Assembly: GCF_004010195.1 (NCBI RefSeq)
Contig: NC_057754.1
Location: 3,469,634-3,533,511, forward strand
DNA length: 63,878 nt
Direction: 5' to 3'
Source: Chiloscyllium plagiosum
Taxonomy: Eukaryota
Made by a program: the position numbers and the translations under genes. The notes below the pieces were generated by a model, which was not told where the DNA came from, searched no databases, and saw only the letters and a program-made list of their open reading frames with translations. Shown piece after piece: positions 40,570 to 51,161 of the stretch; positions within the stretch are counted from its first letter, which is position 1; the number at the start of each line of letters is the position of its first letter.

Positions 40570-40800
40570 ATGTATGAAAAACTGGAGTCCATGGATGGGA
40601 GGCTGGCTTGTGTGACAGACTGGGCTGTGTAGTTTCTCATGGACCTGGGCAAAGCTGTTGCCGTGATGTATCCGGATAGAATGCTTTCTATGGTGTGTCT
40701 ATGAAAATCGGTGAGGGTCACGATGGACATGCCGAATTTCCTGAGCCTCAGGAAGAAGAGGTATTGTTGGGCTGCTTTGACCATCGCATCAACGTGGGTG
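40570..40800 (-). mobile_element. Rex1/Babar-type LINE 3' fragment (related piece at ~61200-61930)
   Basis: KAAQQYLFFLR.LRKFGMS..TLTDFHRHTIESILSGYITA matches the Rex-Babar post-RT motif as I recall it. Confidence 0.65.
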
Positions 40801-41345
40801 GGCTAGGGCAGATGAGACCGAGTTGATTGTGGGCTTTTGGAACTCTTTCTCTCCCTGTAATAGGGGATGGAAATCGAGTGCGTGAATATCTCGATTGCTG
40901 TTTGTGGGATTTTGCTGTGTACAGCCTTGTTACCCAATTCAGGACTGCAGAAGAGCAGGAGGAGGCCGCTTGGCCTGTCGTGACTGTTGTAGCTCTCCAA
41001 ATGAGCAATTCTCTGCCTCTATAGCTCAAACCCGCAACCCTCACTGTTCCTGAGAGCCGCTGAGCTCCACGATGGTGAAGGAGCTCAGCAGCTCACCTCC
41101 TGAAAGAGCTGAGGCCATTTGGTGCCCGGCTTTAGCGGGCCAGCCAATGGCAACCTCTGCCTTTTTTTTTGTTTAAATTTGGGATGGTCCCTTAAACCCA
41201 GTTCCCAAGCACATCCGAACATGACCCACCGACTAAACCTCTCCCCACCGTTCCCCTTGACCTTCAACTCGGGCTAGCAGTCAACGGGCAGACCTGTGTC
41301 CTGCAGGAACTTGGATATCCAGTTGGTTTCTCCTTTTGGGTGAGC

Positions 41346-42047
41346 TATGATTGATATTGGTAAAAACAATGACTGCAGATGCTGGAAACCAGATTCTGGA
41401 AACAGACCCCACCACCAGGGATATATTTCCCTCCCCACCCCTCTCCGCCTTCCGCAAAGACCGTTCCCTCTGTGACTACCTGGTCAGGTCCACGCCCCCC
41501 CTACGACCCACCCTCCCATCCTGGCACTTTCCCCTGCCACCGCAGGAACTGTAAAACCTGTGCCCACACCTCCTCCCTCACCTCCATCCAAGGCCCTAAA
41601 GGAGCCTTCCACATCCATCAAACTTTTACCTGCACATCCACTAATATCATTTATTATATCCGTTGCTCCCGATGCGGTCTCATCTACACCGGGGAGACTG
41701 GGCGCCTCCTAGCAGAGCGCTTTAGAGAACATCTCCGAGACACCCGCACCAATCAACCAAACCTGTCCGGACTTGTCCGACCTGCCCAGCTCCTTTTCCA
41801 CCTATCCACTCCACCCTCTCCTCCCTGACCTATCACCTTCATCTCCTTCCCCACTGACCTATTGTACTCTATGCTACTCTCTCCCCACCCCCCCCCTCCT
41901 CTAGCTTATCTCTCCACGCTTCAGGCCCTCTGCCTTTATTCCTGATGAAGGGCTTTTGCCTGAAACGTCGATTTTGCCTGTCCTCTGATGCTGCCTGAAT
42001 TGCTGTGCTCTTCCAGCACCACTGATCCAGAATATGATTGATATTGG
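41346..42047 (+). mobile_element. 5'-truncated Penelope-like element with GIY-YIG endonuclease fragment
   Basis: ORF 41379..41828 contains C..C...TFTCTSTNIIYYIRCSRCGLIYTGETGRLLAERFREH (GIY-YIG with Cys motifs). Hammerhead at 41938. 15-bp direct repeat TATGATTGATATTGG at 41346-41360 and 42033-42047. Confidence 0.85.
41938..41973 (+). ncRNA. Minimal hammerhead ribozyme motif, core intact
   Basis: AUUC CUGAUGA A GGGC-UUUU-GCCU GAAA CGUC^GAUU. Lies immediately 3' of a PLE GIY-YIG fragment. Helix I has one U-U mismatch. Confidence 0.7.
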
Positions 42048-42296
42048 CCAATCCTCTCCCTGTAGTGTATGCTGGCTTGCACCAGGGGGTGCTGGTTAGC
42101 TGGCGGTGTCAAGGTAGGGAGTCTGATCTATGAGCATTCAGTCATCTCCAGCACACCAGGGTCAAGCTGCTGTTCCGTGTTGAAATAGCTCCAGAGCCCA
42201 GACCTGAGGGACAGGGGTGTTTACTGGTCAGTTGACTGACCCCATGATCAGTCTTTTGCTATAACTTCTGTGGTCTGCGATCTTCTACTGCACAAC

Positions 42297-42331
42297 CACC
42301 TGATGAAGGAGCAGCACTCCAAAAGCTAGTG
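42297..42331 (+). ncRNA. Minimal hammerhead motif of a third family (AGCU helix III), G12>A decayed
   Basis: CAC CUGAUGA A GGAG-CAGCA-CUCC AAAA GCUA^GUG, followed by AATAAA and a PLE-type tail (aataaacctgttggac...aacctggtgttgtg) to ~42390. Confidence 0.6.
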
Positions 42332-43363
42332 CTTCCAAATAAACCTGTTGGACCATACATAACCTGGTGTTGTGATTTTTTAACTTTGTAGACCCCATGC
42401 TGCTTTGTTGTAAGACTGTGCTCTTATATTCCAATATTCTACACTTAAATTCTAAATCTGCTCAATGCTACCTGTATGCCTCTGTCCAAATCCTTTGTTC
42501 TGTACATCCTTACTATGATCCACCTGTAACGCTTGTAAACAAAGCTTTTCACTGTACTGCGGTACATGTAACAATAAATCAATCGCAGAACCTCTACCGT
42601 GTTGAAGCAGGCCATTCAGCCCTTCTGAAGAGCACCCCACGCAGACTCACTATCCTACGCTATCGCCCTACATTGCCTGCATCTCCCTGGCCTCTTTAAC
42701 ATGGCCAATTCACCTTAACCTGCACATCTTGGGGCAGTAGGAAGAACATGCAATCACCCAAGGGTCGAATCGGACCCAGGTTCACTGTGACGCAGCAGCG
42801 CTAACCACTGTGCCACCCGTTAGCCTAATGCTTCCCAGACTCTTGATGTCTGACAGTCAGACCTCACTCTGTATCGTCTCGGGCATCTCCATGCCTGGTG
42901 CCCAGGGTCTGCTGCTGGATCAGCATCTGAGAGCACATGAATTCCTGATGGCACTCCTTGTGCAGTACTGAGGGAGAGCTGTGCAGGGGTTGGCCATCAT
43001 ATCGGGAAGCCCCAAGGTGAAGCTGGGGGGAGTGTGTAGTTTAAACAGGTTGGGCTGAATAGCCTGTTTGTTTTGCTCTGTATATACTTTGGACTGTTTC
43101 TCTTGGAAAGGAACGAGAAAAAGCTTTTTTGGTATCCAGCATTGGTGTTGAGGGCCTGCATGTATTGTCTGTCTCTTGCCAGCCTGGTGAAGGTGGTGGT
43201 GGTGAGCTGCTCTCTTGAGCCATCTGCTCTTTAGGATGCACAGTCGTGTTGACCGAAGATTCCGACCCAGCCACACTGAAGGGACGGCCAATATATTTCA
43301 AAGTCAGGAGGGTGAGGGGAATTTGCAGGGGCTGGTGTTCCCATGTATCTGCTGCCCCTTGTC

Positions 43364-43682
43364 CATTAGATTAGATTAGATTACTTACAGTGTGGAAACA
43401 GGCCCTTCGGCCCAATAAGTCCACACTGACCCCCCCACCCCACCCCCCGAAGAGCAACCCACCCAGACCCATTCCCCTACATTTACCCCTTCACCTAATA
43501 CGACGGGCAATTTAGCATGGCCAATTTACCTAACCTGCATATCTTTGGACTGTGGGAGGAAACCGGAGCACCCGGAGGAAACCCACGCAGACACAGGGAG
43601 AATGTGCAAACTCCACACAGACAGTTGCCTGAGGGAATTGAACCCAGGTCCCTGGTGCTGTGAGGCTGCAGTGCTAACCACT
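43364..43682 (-). mobile_element. HE1-type SINE
   Basis: (ATTAG)n tail at 43364-43383, V-domain and tRNA head on the minus strand. Other partial copies at ~17170-17400, ~42600-42820, ~50050-50220 and ~63505-63878. Confidence 0.85.
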
Positions 43683-44051
43683 AAAGTAATGGGTTCAGAA
43701 AGTGCTGTCTAAGGAGTGATCAGGGCGTGTGTGTGTGTGTATTGGCGCGTGCACATCTTAATGGAGAGATTTCACTACAGCTATGAAAGCTAAAACTGGG
43801 GAACTGCACCTTTAAGAAGGGTATGACAACTGTTTATTTACCTGCGGCTGTGGGGTTCTGATTGGATACTGGCACTGACAGTCAGCTGTCTCAGGTGTGT
43901 GTGTGTGAGAGAGAGAGAGAGAGGGAGACAGGGAGAGACCGGGGGAGACAGAGTGGGGGGTGGAGGGGGAAGGCAGACAGAGAGTGAGGTAGATTGATAG
44001 GTGCATTAGGGGGTGGAGAGGGAGAGCTGAGCGCTGCCTAGAGCAGGGAGC

Positions 44052-44235
44052 ATGTCTACTGAGGAGCGCCTGCAGCAGCTGGAGCAGCTGATGGTACACA
44101 CAGCATCTGGCTTTGGGGAAACTGAACCCCGTCTGAGTGTGGAGACCCTCCTGGATCTGCTGCTGTGCCTTTACTATGAGTTTGTCAGCTCCCCGCTCCG
44201 AAAGGACCCGAACATTGCTGGCTTTCTGCACTGGG
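44052..44235 (+). CDS. CDC42BPG: First coding exon of an MRCK/DMPK-family kinase (MSTEERLQQLEQL...LSVETLLDLLLCLYYEF...SPLRKDPNIAGFLHW), probably MRCK-gamma
   Basis: ATG at 44052. Translation resembles MRCK N-termini (RL.QLEQ...SVETLLD.L.CLY.E...SPLR). The phase-1 GTGAGT donor at 44236 after Trp matches the MRCK exon 1 boundary. The paralogue call rests on synteny with EHD1. Exon 2 was not found in the window. Confidence 0.85.
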
Positions 44236-44580
44236 GTGAGTCCCTGAGTGTGTGAGTGAGTGAGTCAGAGAGAGAGAGAGAGAGACTCTGTGTTTAACTT
44301 CTAACTTCTGTCAGGGTGGACCTGGATTGACCTATTCCAACCAGGGGTCTTCTCCCTGCACCGCACAGGGCTGAAGCCTCTCCAAACTGCAATTTATTAG
44401 CCTGTAGTTCAAGCATGTTTATAGATTTCAATGTCTCGCCTGTTTTTCTGTAACCCTGGACAGTGAGCCTGTCTGATTCCCTCTCCCTAACCTTAGGGAT
44501 CACTGGACAGTGAGCAGGAGCAGGGACCCTCTCTGATTACCCCCTCTCTCTCAGCCTGGGGATCATTGGGAGAGCTTAAT

Positions 44581-45085
44581 GGGGACAGTGCAGAGGGAGC
44601 TTTACTCTCTATCTAACCCTGTGTTGGGCCAGGGGGAACAGTGTAGAGAGAGCTTTCCTCTGTATCTAACTCCATCCTGTCCCTGTCCTGGGAGTATTTG
44701 ATGGGGACAGTGTAGGGGGGAGCTTTACTCTGTATCTAACCCCGTGTTGTCCCTATCCTGGGAGTGTTTGATGGGAACAGTGTAGAGGGAGTTTTATTCT
44801 ATATCTAACCCCATGCTGCCCCCCGACCCTGGGAGAGTTTGATGGGGAACAGTGTAGAGGGGGTTTTACTCTGTATCTAACCCCGTGCTGCCCCTATCCT
44901 GGGAGTGTTTGATAGGGGACAGTGTAGAGGGAGCTTTCCTCTGTATCTAACCCCGTGGTCTCCCTATCCTGGGAATGTTTGATAGGGACAGTGTAGAGGG
45001 AGCTTTCCTCTATATCTAACCCCATACTGTCCCTGTCCTGGGGAGTATTTGGTGGGACAAGGAGGAAACTTCACTCTGTGTCTGA
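44581..45085. repeat. ~69-bp minisatellite, ~7 copies (ggggacagtgtagagggagctttactctgtatctaaccccgtgctgtccctgtcctgggagtgtttgat)
   Basis: Direct tandem repetition. Same unit at 56118-56380. Confidence 0.9.
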
Positions 45086-46238
45086 CCCAGAGTGCAAGTA
45101 TTGTCACAGAATACAATATGGGCATTAATTTAGTGCACAGAAATATCCCAAACACTGTAAGTCGATAACCAGATAATATGTGTGGGGTTAGGTTTAGTGA
45201 GGATAATTGGAACAGGAATAGCCTATTCAGCCCATCGAACCCATTTGTCTGCACTATCCCATGATATTATTTCGTATCTATGTCCACATTAGAGAGCAAT
45301 TCTCAATAAGTGAGCTTCCATTATCATCTGGGATAAAGGGTTCCAAAGGATCCCTACCCTTTTCAGTGAGGAATTCTCCGTCCAAAATAGCCACCTCCCT
45401 TCTCCTGAGAGTGTGCCCCTCCTGGTTCTAGCTGCTTACTTCCTCCATGCATCCACCCAGTGAAGACCTGTAAGAGTATTATATTTTTCAATCAGATCAT
45501 CTCTTCAGAACTCCAGAGAATATAGGCCCGTCTTCTCAATCTCTCCTCACAGGTCATCTCAGGAATCAGTCTGGGAGTCTTCACTGCACTCCCTCACAGC
45601 CACCCTGATGTAAGGGAACCAAACACCCTACACAATATTCCAGTTACATGTCAACAAAGGTCCAAATAATCAGAGTCACAGAGATATACAGCACGGAAGC
45701 AGATCCTTTGGCTCAACTCGTCCATGCTGACCAGATATCCCAACCTAATCGAGATCCATTTGCCAGCATTTGGTCCATATCCCTCTAAACCCTTCCTATT
45801 CATATACCCATCCAGATGCCTCTGTAATTGTACCAGCCTCCACCACTTCCTCTGGCAGCTCACTCCATACACGTACCACCCGCCATGTGGAAAACGTCGT
45901 CCCTTCGGTCCCTTTTAAATCTTTCCCCTCACCTTAAACCTATGCCCTGTAGTTTTGGACTCCCTGAACCTGGGAAAAAGACCTTGACCATTCACCCTAT
46001 CCATGCCCCCTCATGATTTTGTAAATCCCGAAAAGGTCACCCCTCAGCCTCTGATGCTCTAGGGAAAACAGCCACAGCCTCTCCCAATAGCTCAAACCCT
46101 CCAACCCTGGCAACATCCTTATAAATCTCTCCTGAACCCTTTCACAAGGTTAACATATTTCCTATAACAGGGAGATCAGAATTGCACGCAATATTCCAAT
46201 AGTGGCCTCACCACTTTTGTGGTTACAGCCACAACATC

Positions 46239-46860
46239 ACCTCCCAATGGATGTAGGTTTGCTCACTGAGCTGAAAGGTTCACTTTCAGACGTCACCCGA
46301 CTAGATAACATCTTCAGTGAGCCTCTGGATGAGGCATTGCAGATGATTCCTGCTTTCTATTTATATATTTGGGTTTCTTGGTGATGTCATTTTCTGAGGT
46401 GGTCATTTCCTATGGTGATGATTTTTCCTGTTCTTTTTCTCAATGGGGTGGTAGATGGGGTCCAAGTCAATGTATTTGCCACCAACCCAAAGAATCCCAA
46501 AACATTTAAATGGAACATTGCAGATGATTCCTGCTTTCTATTTATATATTTGGGTTTCTTGGTGATGTCATTTTCTGAGGTGGTCATTTCCTATGGTGAT
46601 GATTTTTCCTGTTCTTTTTCTCAGTGGGGTGGTAGATGGGGTCCAAGTCAATGTATTTGCCACCAACCCAAAGAAACCCAAAACATTTAAATGGAAAGAA
46701 GGAATCATCAGCAATGCTTTGTCCAGAGGCTCACTGATGATGTTACCTACTATGGTGACGAAACATCTGAAAATGACCCTTCCAACTCAGCGAGCAAACC
46801 TACATCCAGAACCTCAACCTGAGCTACAAATCTTCTCAAAACTCACTATGACCTCCCAAT
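46239..46860. mobile_element. Penelope-like fold-back insertion inside a CR1 fragment
   Basis: Inverted arms ~46249-46382 / ~46668-46807, internal 181-bp tandem duplication, and direct repeat ACCTCCCAAT at 46239-46248 and 46851-46860. Confidence 0.75.
46731..46770 (+). ncRNA. Minimal hammerhead motif with a helix III G>A change
   Basis: UCA CUGAUGA U GUUACC-UACUAU-GGUGAC GAAA CAUC^UGA. Helix I UCA/UGA covaries with GCA/UGC (31.8 kb) and CCA/UGG (59.3/60.0 kb). Confidence 0.65.
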
Positions 46861-47657
46861 CTCTAGATTCAATGCACTGACCAGTAAAGTCAAACGTACT
46901 AAAATCCCTACTTCACGATCCTGTCTACTTGGGATTCCACCTTCAAGGAACTATGAACTTACACCCAAGGTCTGTAAGACTCAGCAAGACTCCCCAGGAC
47001 CCTTTCATTAAGTGTCTATGACTTGCCCTTTTCTTCCCTTGAAAGTGGATAATTTCACATTTTTGCACATTGTATTTCACCCATCGTTGTTACCCATCAT
47101 GTGGTTATCGGAATCCCCTTGGAGCTGCTTTGTATCCTCCTCACAGCTCCCATTCCCACCCAGATTCATGTCATCAGTAACTTCAGAAACGTTATATTTG
47201 TTCCCCATATTGCTGTAGGTTTATGAATCGAGCTTTCTGAATATTTCAGAATGAGAGAATTATTAAAGTCCGCTGGCTTTTGAAATAATGGTTGTGGGAT
47301 TATCTATCTCCACGGGAGAGGCTTGGTTTAATATCCGGTCTCAGAGGGACACGTTTCTTTCTTATTTTGTGATGTGAGAAGTGGTCAGTGTTTGTGGCTC
47401 ATCCTAAGTGCCCTGCTCAGTCATTTCAGGGAACAGCGAAGTAGCATTGCTATGCACCTGGAATCATGTGTAAGATTTATTAAGACTGAAGATTTATTCC
47501 CGAAGGGCGAATTACTGAAACAGATGGATTCTCAACAACAGTCGCTGTCTGCTGACACTAATTTCAATAAGAGTTCAATTTAAATTCCACTAACTACCCT
47601 ATCATGTTGCCAAAGCATATGGGCATCAGGAGTGCCATTGCCCTTATGCCACTAATT

Positions 47658-48146
47658 CATGTGTGTCTGTGTTTCTGCATGTCTGTCTGTACATGTGTGT
47701 GTCTGCCTGTACGTGTGTGTCTGTCTGTACATGTGTGTCTGTCTGTGTGTGTGTGTGTGTGTGTGTAAAGGGCTTTTGCCCAAAAAGTCGATTTTCCTGC
47801 TCCTCGGATACTGTCTGATCTGCTGTGCTTTTCCAGCACCACTCTAGTCTTGACTCTAATCTCCGCACCTGCAGTACCCACTTCTGCTTGTGCATGCGTG
47901 TCTGTGTTTGTGTCTGTCTGTGCATGTGTGTCTATGTCTGTGTGTCTGTCTATGCGTGTGTGTCTGTGTTTATGACTGTGTGTGCATGTGTGTGTCTATC
48001 TGTGCGTGTGTGTCTGCGTTTCTGTGTCTGTGTGTGTCTGTCTATGCGTGTTTCTGTGTGTCTGTCTGTGCATGTGTGTCTGCCTATGTGTGTGTCTGCC
48101 TGTGCGTGTGTCTGTGTTTCTCTGTCTGTCTGTCTGTGCGTGTGTG
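47658..48146. repeat. (TG/TCTG)n low-complexity repeat, interrupted at 47766-47887
   Basis: Direct reading. Confidence 0.9.
47766..47887 (+). mobile_element. PLE terminal repeat fragment inside a (TG/TCTG)n microsatellite
   Basis: aaagggcttttgcccaaaaagtcgattttcctgctcctcgg...gcagtacccact, flanked on both sides by TG-rich repeat. Confidence 0.7.
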
Positions 48147-49084
48147 TTGACTCAGACACATTCATTCAGAGTGTAGCTCCACAGCACTCACTATTGGTAA
48201 TTCAGTAGGTCGTAAGATGTAGGAGCAGAAATGACCATTTGGCCCATTGAGTCTGAAGATGGCTGATTCGATCATCTTCAACTCTACTTTCCCTCCTTTT
48301 CTCAACCTTACTGATTAAAAATCTATTTCAGTTTTTTTTTAATATACTCAATGATACAGTCCTCTAAGGTAAAGCATTGCACGGCTTCGCTACCCTCTGA
48401 CAGAAGAAGCTTCCCCCTCATTTCTGTCTCAGGTGGGTGACTCCTTGCTTTGAGATGATGCCGTCTGGTCCTGGACTCTCCCACACGGGGAAGCATCAGT
48501 TCCTACAAGCCCCTAAAAATCGTCTGTGTTTCAGTAAGGTTACCTCCCATTCTAAACCCCAACCTCTCCTCATCAGAGAATCCTTCCATACCCTGCATCA
48601 ACTTCACAAGCCATCTCAGGACTGCCTCCAATGCCAGTGTACCATTCCTCAGACTAAAACTTTCCATGGTATTCGAGGTGTGGTCTGATTAGTGCCCGGT
48701 GCAGCTTTATCAAAGCCCACAAATGTTGTTTTGAGAGGCCGAACACTGCAGGATATAGACTTTTTGATGATCGCAGAGCGATTATGTAACAATTACTGCT
48801 CCCGGCACAGAAACCAGGCATTCTGCCCATCTGTTCCGTGGTGGTACACGCTGAGCTCTCACACCCTTTTCATCTCACCCAACAACATCTCCTTTCTCTC
48901 TCTTGTTAATCCCAGCTTTCTCTCTCTTTAACTACTCCAAAAAGGTTCACTTTGATCTCACCCTGTGCTAGCAAGTCCCATGTTCTCCCTACTCTGAATT
49001 CATGAACTGATTTATGATTGGCTAGCTCTTGCTTCTAGCCCCTCCCACAAATTGAAATATTCTCTCCAAAGCCCCTCCATCAAA

Positions 49085-49450
49085 CACGGTGGCTCAGTGG
49101 CTAGCACTGCTGCCTCACAGCACCAGGGGCCCAGGTTCAATTCCACCCTCGGGCAACTGTGTGTGTGGAGTTTGCACATTATCCCTGTGTCTGCAAGGGT
49201 TTCCTCCCACAGTCCAAAGATGTGCAGGTTTGGGTGGATTGGCCATGCTAAATTGTCCCATAGTGCCCAGGGATGTGCAGGTTAGGGTGGATTGGCCGTG
49301 CTAAGTTGCCCCATAGTGCCCAGGGATGTGTAGATTAGGTAGGTTGTGCATGGGAAGTGCAGGGATTTGGGTGGGATGCTTTTTGGAGGGTCGGTGCGGA
49401 CTGGATGGCCGAATGGCCTCTTTCCACACTGCAGGGATTCTATGATTCTA
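49085..49450 (+). mobile_element. HE1-type SINE with internal ~53-bp duplication
   Basis: A/B boxes and V-domain. The segment gatgtgcaggtt.gggtggattggcc.tgctaa.ttg.cccatagtgcccagg occurs twice. Confidence 0.8.
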
Positions 49451-49544
49451 ACCCCTAAGTAATTTTGAACACTTCTAACAAGTCACTCCCGAGAGAAAAC
49501 AGTCCCAGCCTCTGCCGTCATTCTAGACGGGACTGTTGGTGTTT

Positions 49545-49820
49545 TATTATCGCTAGACTACTAATCTAGTGAGCCAGGCAACAGTCTGCTATGGTAGATG
49601 GAATTTGAATTCAGTACAAATCTGGAATTAAGAAACTAATGATGGCAGTGCCAACTGCTGGAAAAACCGGTCTGGTTCACTAATGTCCTTTAGGGAAGGA
49701 AACTGCCATTCTTACCTGGTCCGGGCCTACGTGTGACTCCAGACCCACAGCCCCCCTGTGGGCAATTAGGGATGAGTAATAAATGTTGGGCCTAGCCAGC
49801 AACACCCTTATCCCATGTGT
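49545..49820 (+). mobile_element. Second tRNA-derived SINE family (other copies ~2213-2500 minus, ~16230-16500, and 57650-58205 split by a CR1 piece)
   Basis: Shared core ctggttcactaatgtcctttagggaaggaa...ccttacctggtc.ggcctac.tgtgactccagac recurs at several loci. Confidence 0.6.
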
Positions 49821-51161
49821 AAGTTTAAAAATCTGGAGTGCCTCTTAAACATGCAGAACGGAACTGTTCATAATAACTTCAAGGGTGAGTAAGCCAACAA
49901 GTGTTTGATAAAGCTGCCCTGCGTTTCAGTTATACCCGTCTGGAAAGGAACTACAGAGAGTTCTGCCTGCTTTTTTGTTTTGTGATAGTCTAAGCAGCCT
50001 GTATTGTTCCTTATAGGGGTTAGTTTCTCTAGAGAAAGGGAAGGCTGTGGTCGAGGTAGAATCCTTAGTGTGGGAACAGGCCCTTGAGTCCACACCGACA
50101 CTCTGAAGAGCATCCCTCCCAGATCCACTTCCCCGGTAACCCTGCACCAGCCATGGCTAATCCAGCCAGCCTGCACAAACACTATGGGGCAATTCAGCCA
50201 GTCCAATCTAACCTGCACATAGAGTCGTAGGTACACACAGCACAGGAAAAAAAAACCTTTAGTCCAATCGGTCCGGGTCAAACATAATCCCAAACTAAAC
50301 TAGACCCATCTGTCTGCTCCTTCCCCATCTCCCTCCAAACCCTTTCCTATTCATCTCCTTATCCAAATGTCTTTTAAATGTGGAAGTGGTGGGTGCGGGT
50401 ACAGTTACAACGTTTAAAAGACATTTGGATAAGGACATGAAGAGGAAAGGGTTTGGAGGGACATGGGCCAGGAGCAGGCAGGTGGTTACAACGTTTAAAA
50501 GACATTTGGATAAGGACATGAAGAGGAAAGGGTTTGGAGGCAGGGGCCAGGAGCAGGCAGGGGGATCTAGTTTAGTTTGGGATGATGGTCGGCACGGACT
50601 GGTTGGACCGAAGGGTCTGTTTCCGTGTTCGGTTGAGACTTCCAAATGAGAGATGGAGAGGGAGGACAGCTTGAACCGGAGAAGGAAAAGGTATGCCTGT
50701 GTCGATTTGTGCGACCTTCTCGGAACGCCAAGGAAAAGGCAGATTATGCACTGTTACAGAGATAAGGTAGCACAGGAGCACCCGCGAGAGGGGGGGGTGG
50801 GGAAGGGGGTCGCTCATTTGGAGAGTTGGTGCAGAGAGATTGGCCTCCCATACTGTCATAAGCAGACAGGCCGATCAGCCTCCATTTTGGCGATCAGTAC
50901 TGAGGGGGTGGGTGAAGCATATCGCTTTATCAGGGTTCAGGAAAAGGTTGCTTCACAGCCAGTTTCAACAAGCTTTAACCTCTCGAAAATTCTGTATCGG
51001 CTTCAATTGGACATAACAGCAAAAACCGATTGGCTGGTCAGGGAGGGCTGTGGTATGACGGGTTAGATATGGAGAATTTAACGTAAACCTCACAGTGACA
51101 TAACTAGTCAGTCTATCCTTCATAACGTGGGAACTGAAGTGCAGCAGTTTTACCATTTGAT

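Larger units (their letters stand above)
45670..47030 (-). mobile_element. CR1/HER1 LINE 3' fragment interrupted by a PLE
   Basis: Conserved tail (ccatatccctctaaacccttcctattcat...ggcagctcactcc). Further shorter copies near 6700, 14230, 26810, 27840, 29070, 37350, 38330, 58200 and 62170. Confidence 0.8.

Noticed and set aside
47644..48208. Cys/Val- and His/Thr-rich ORFs (also 35847-36161)
   Set aside because: Translations of TG microsatellites.
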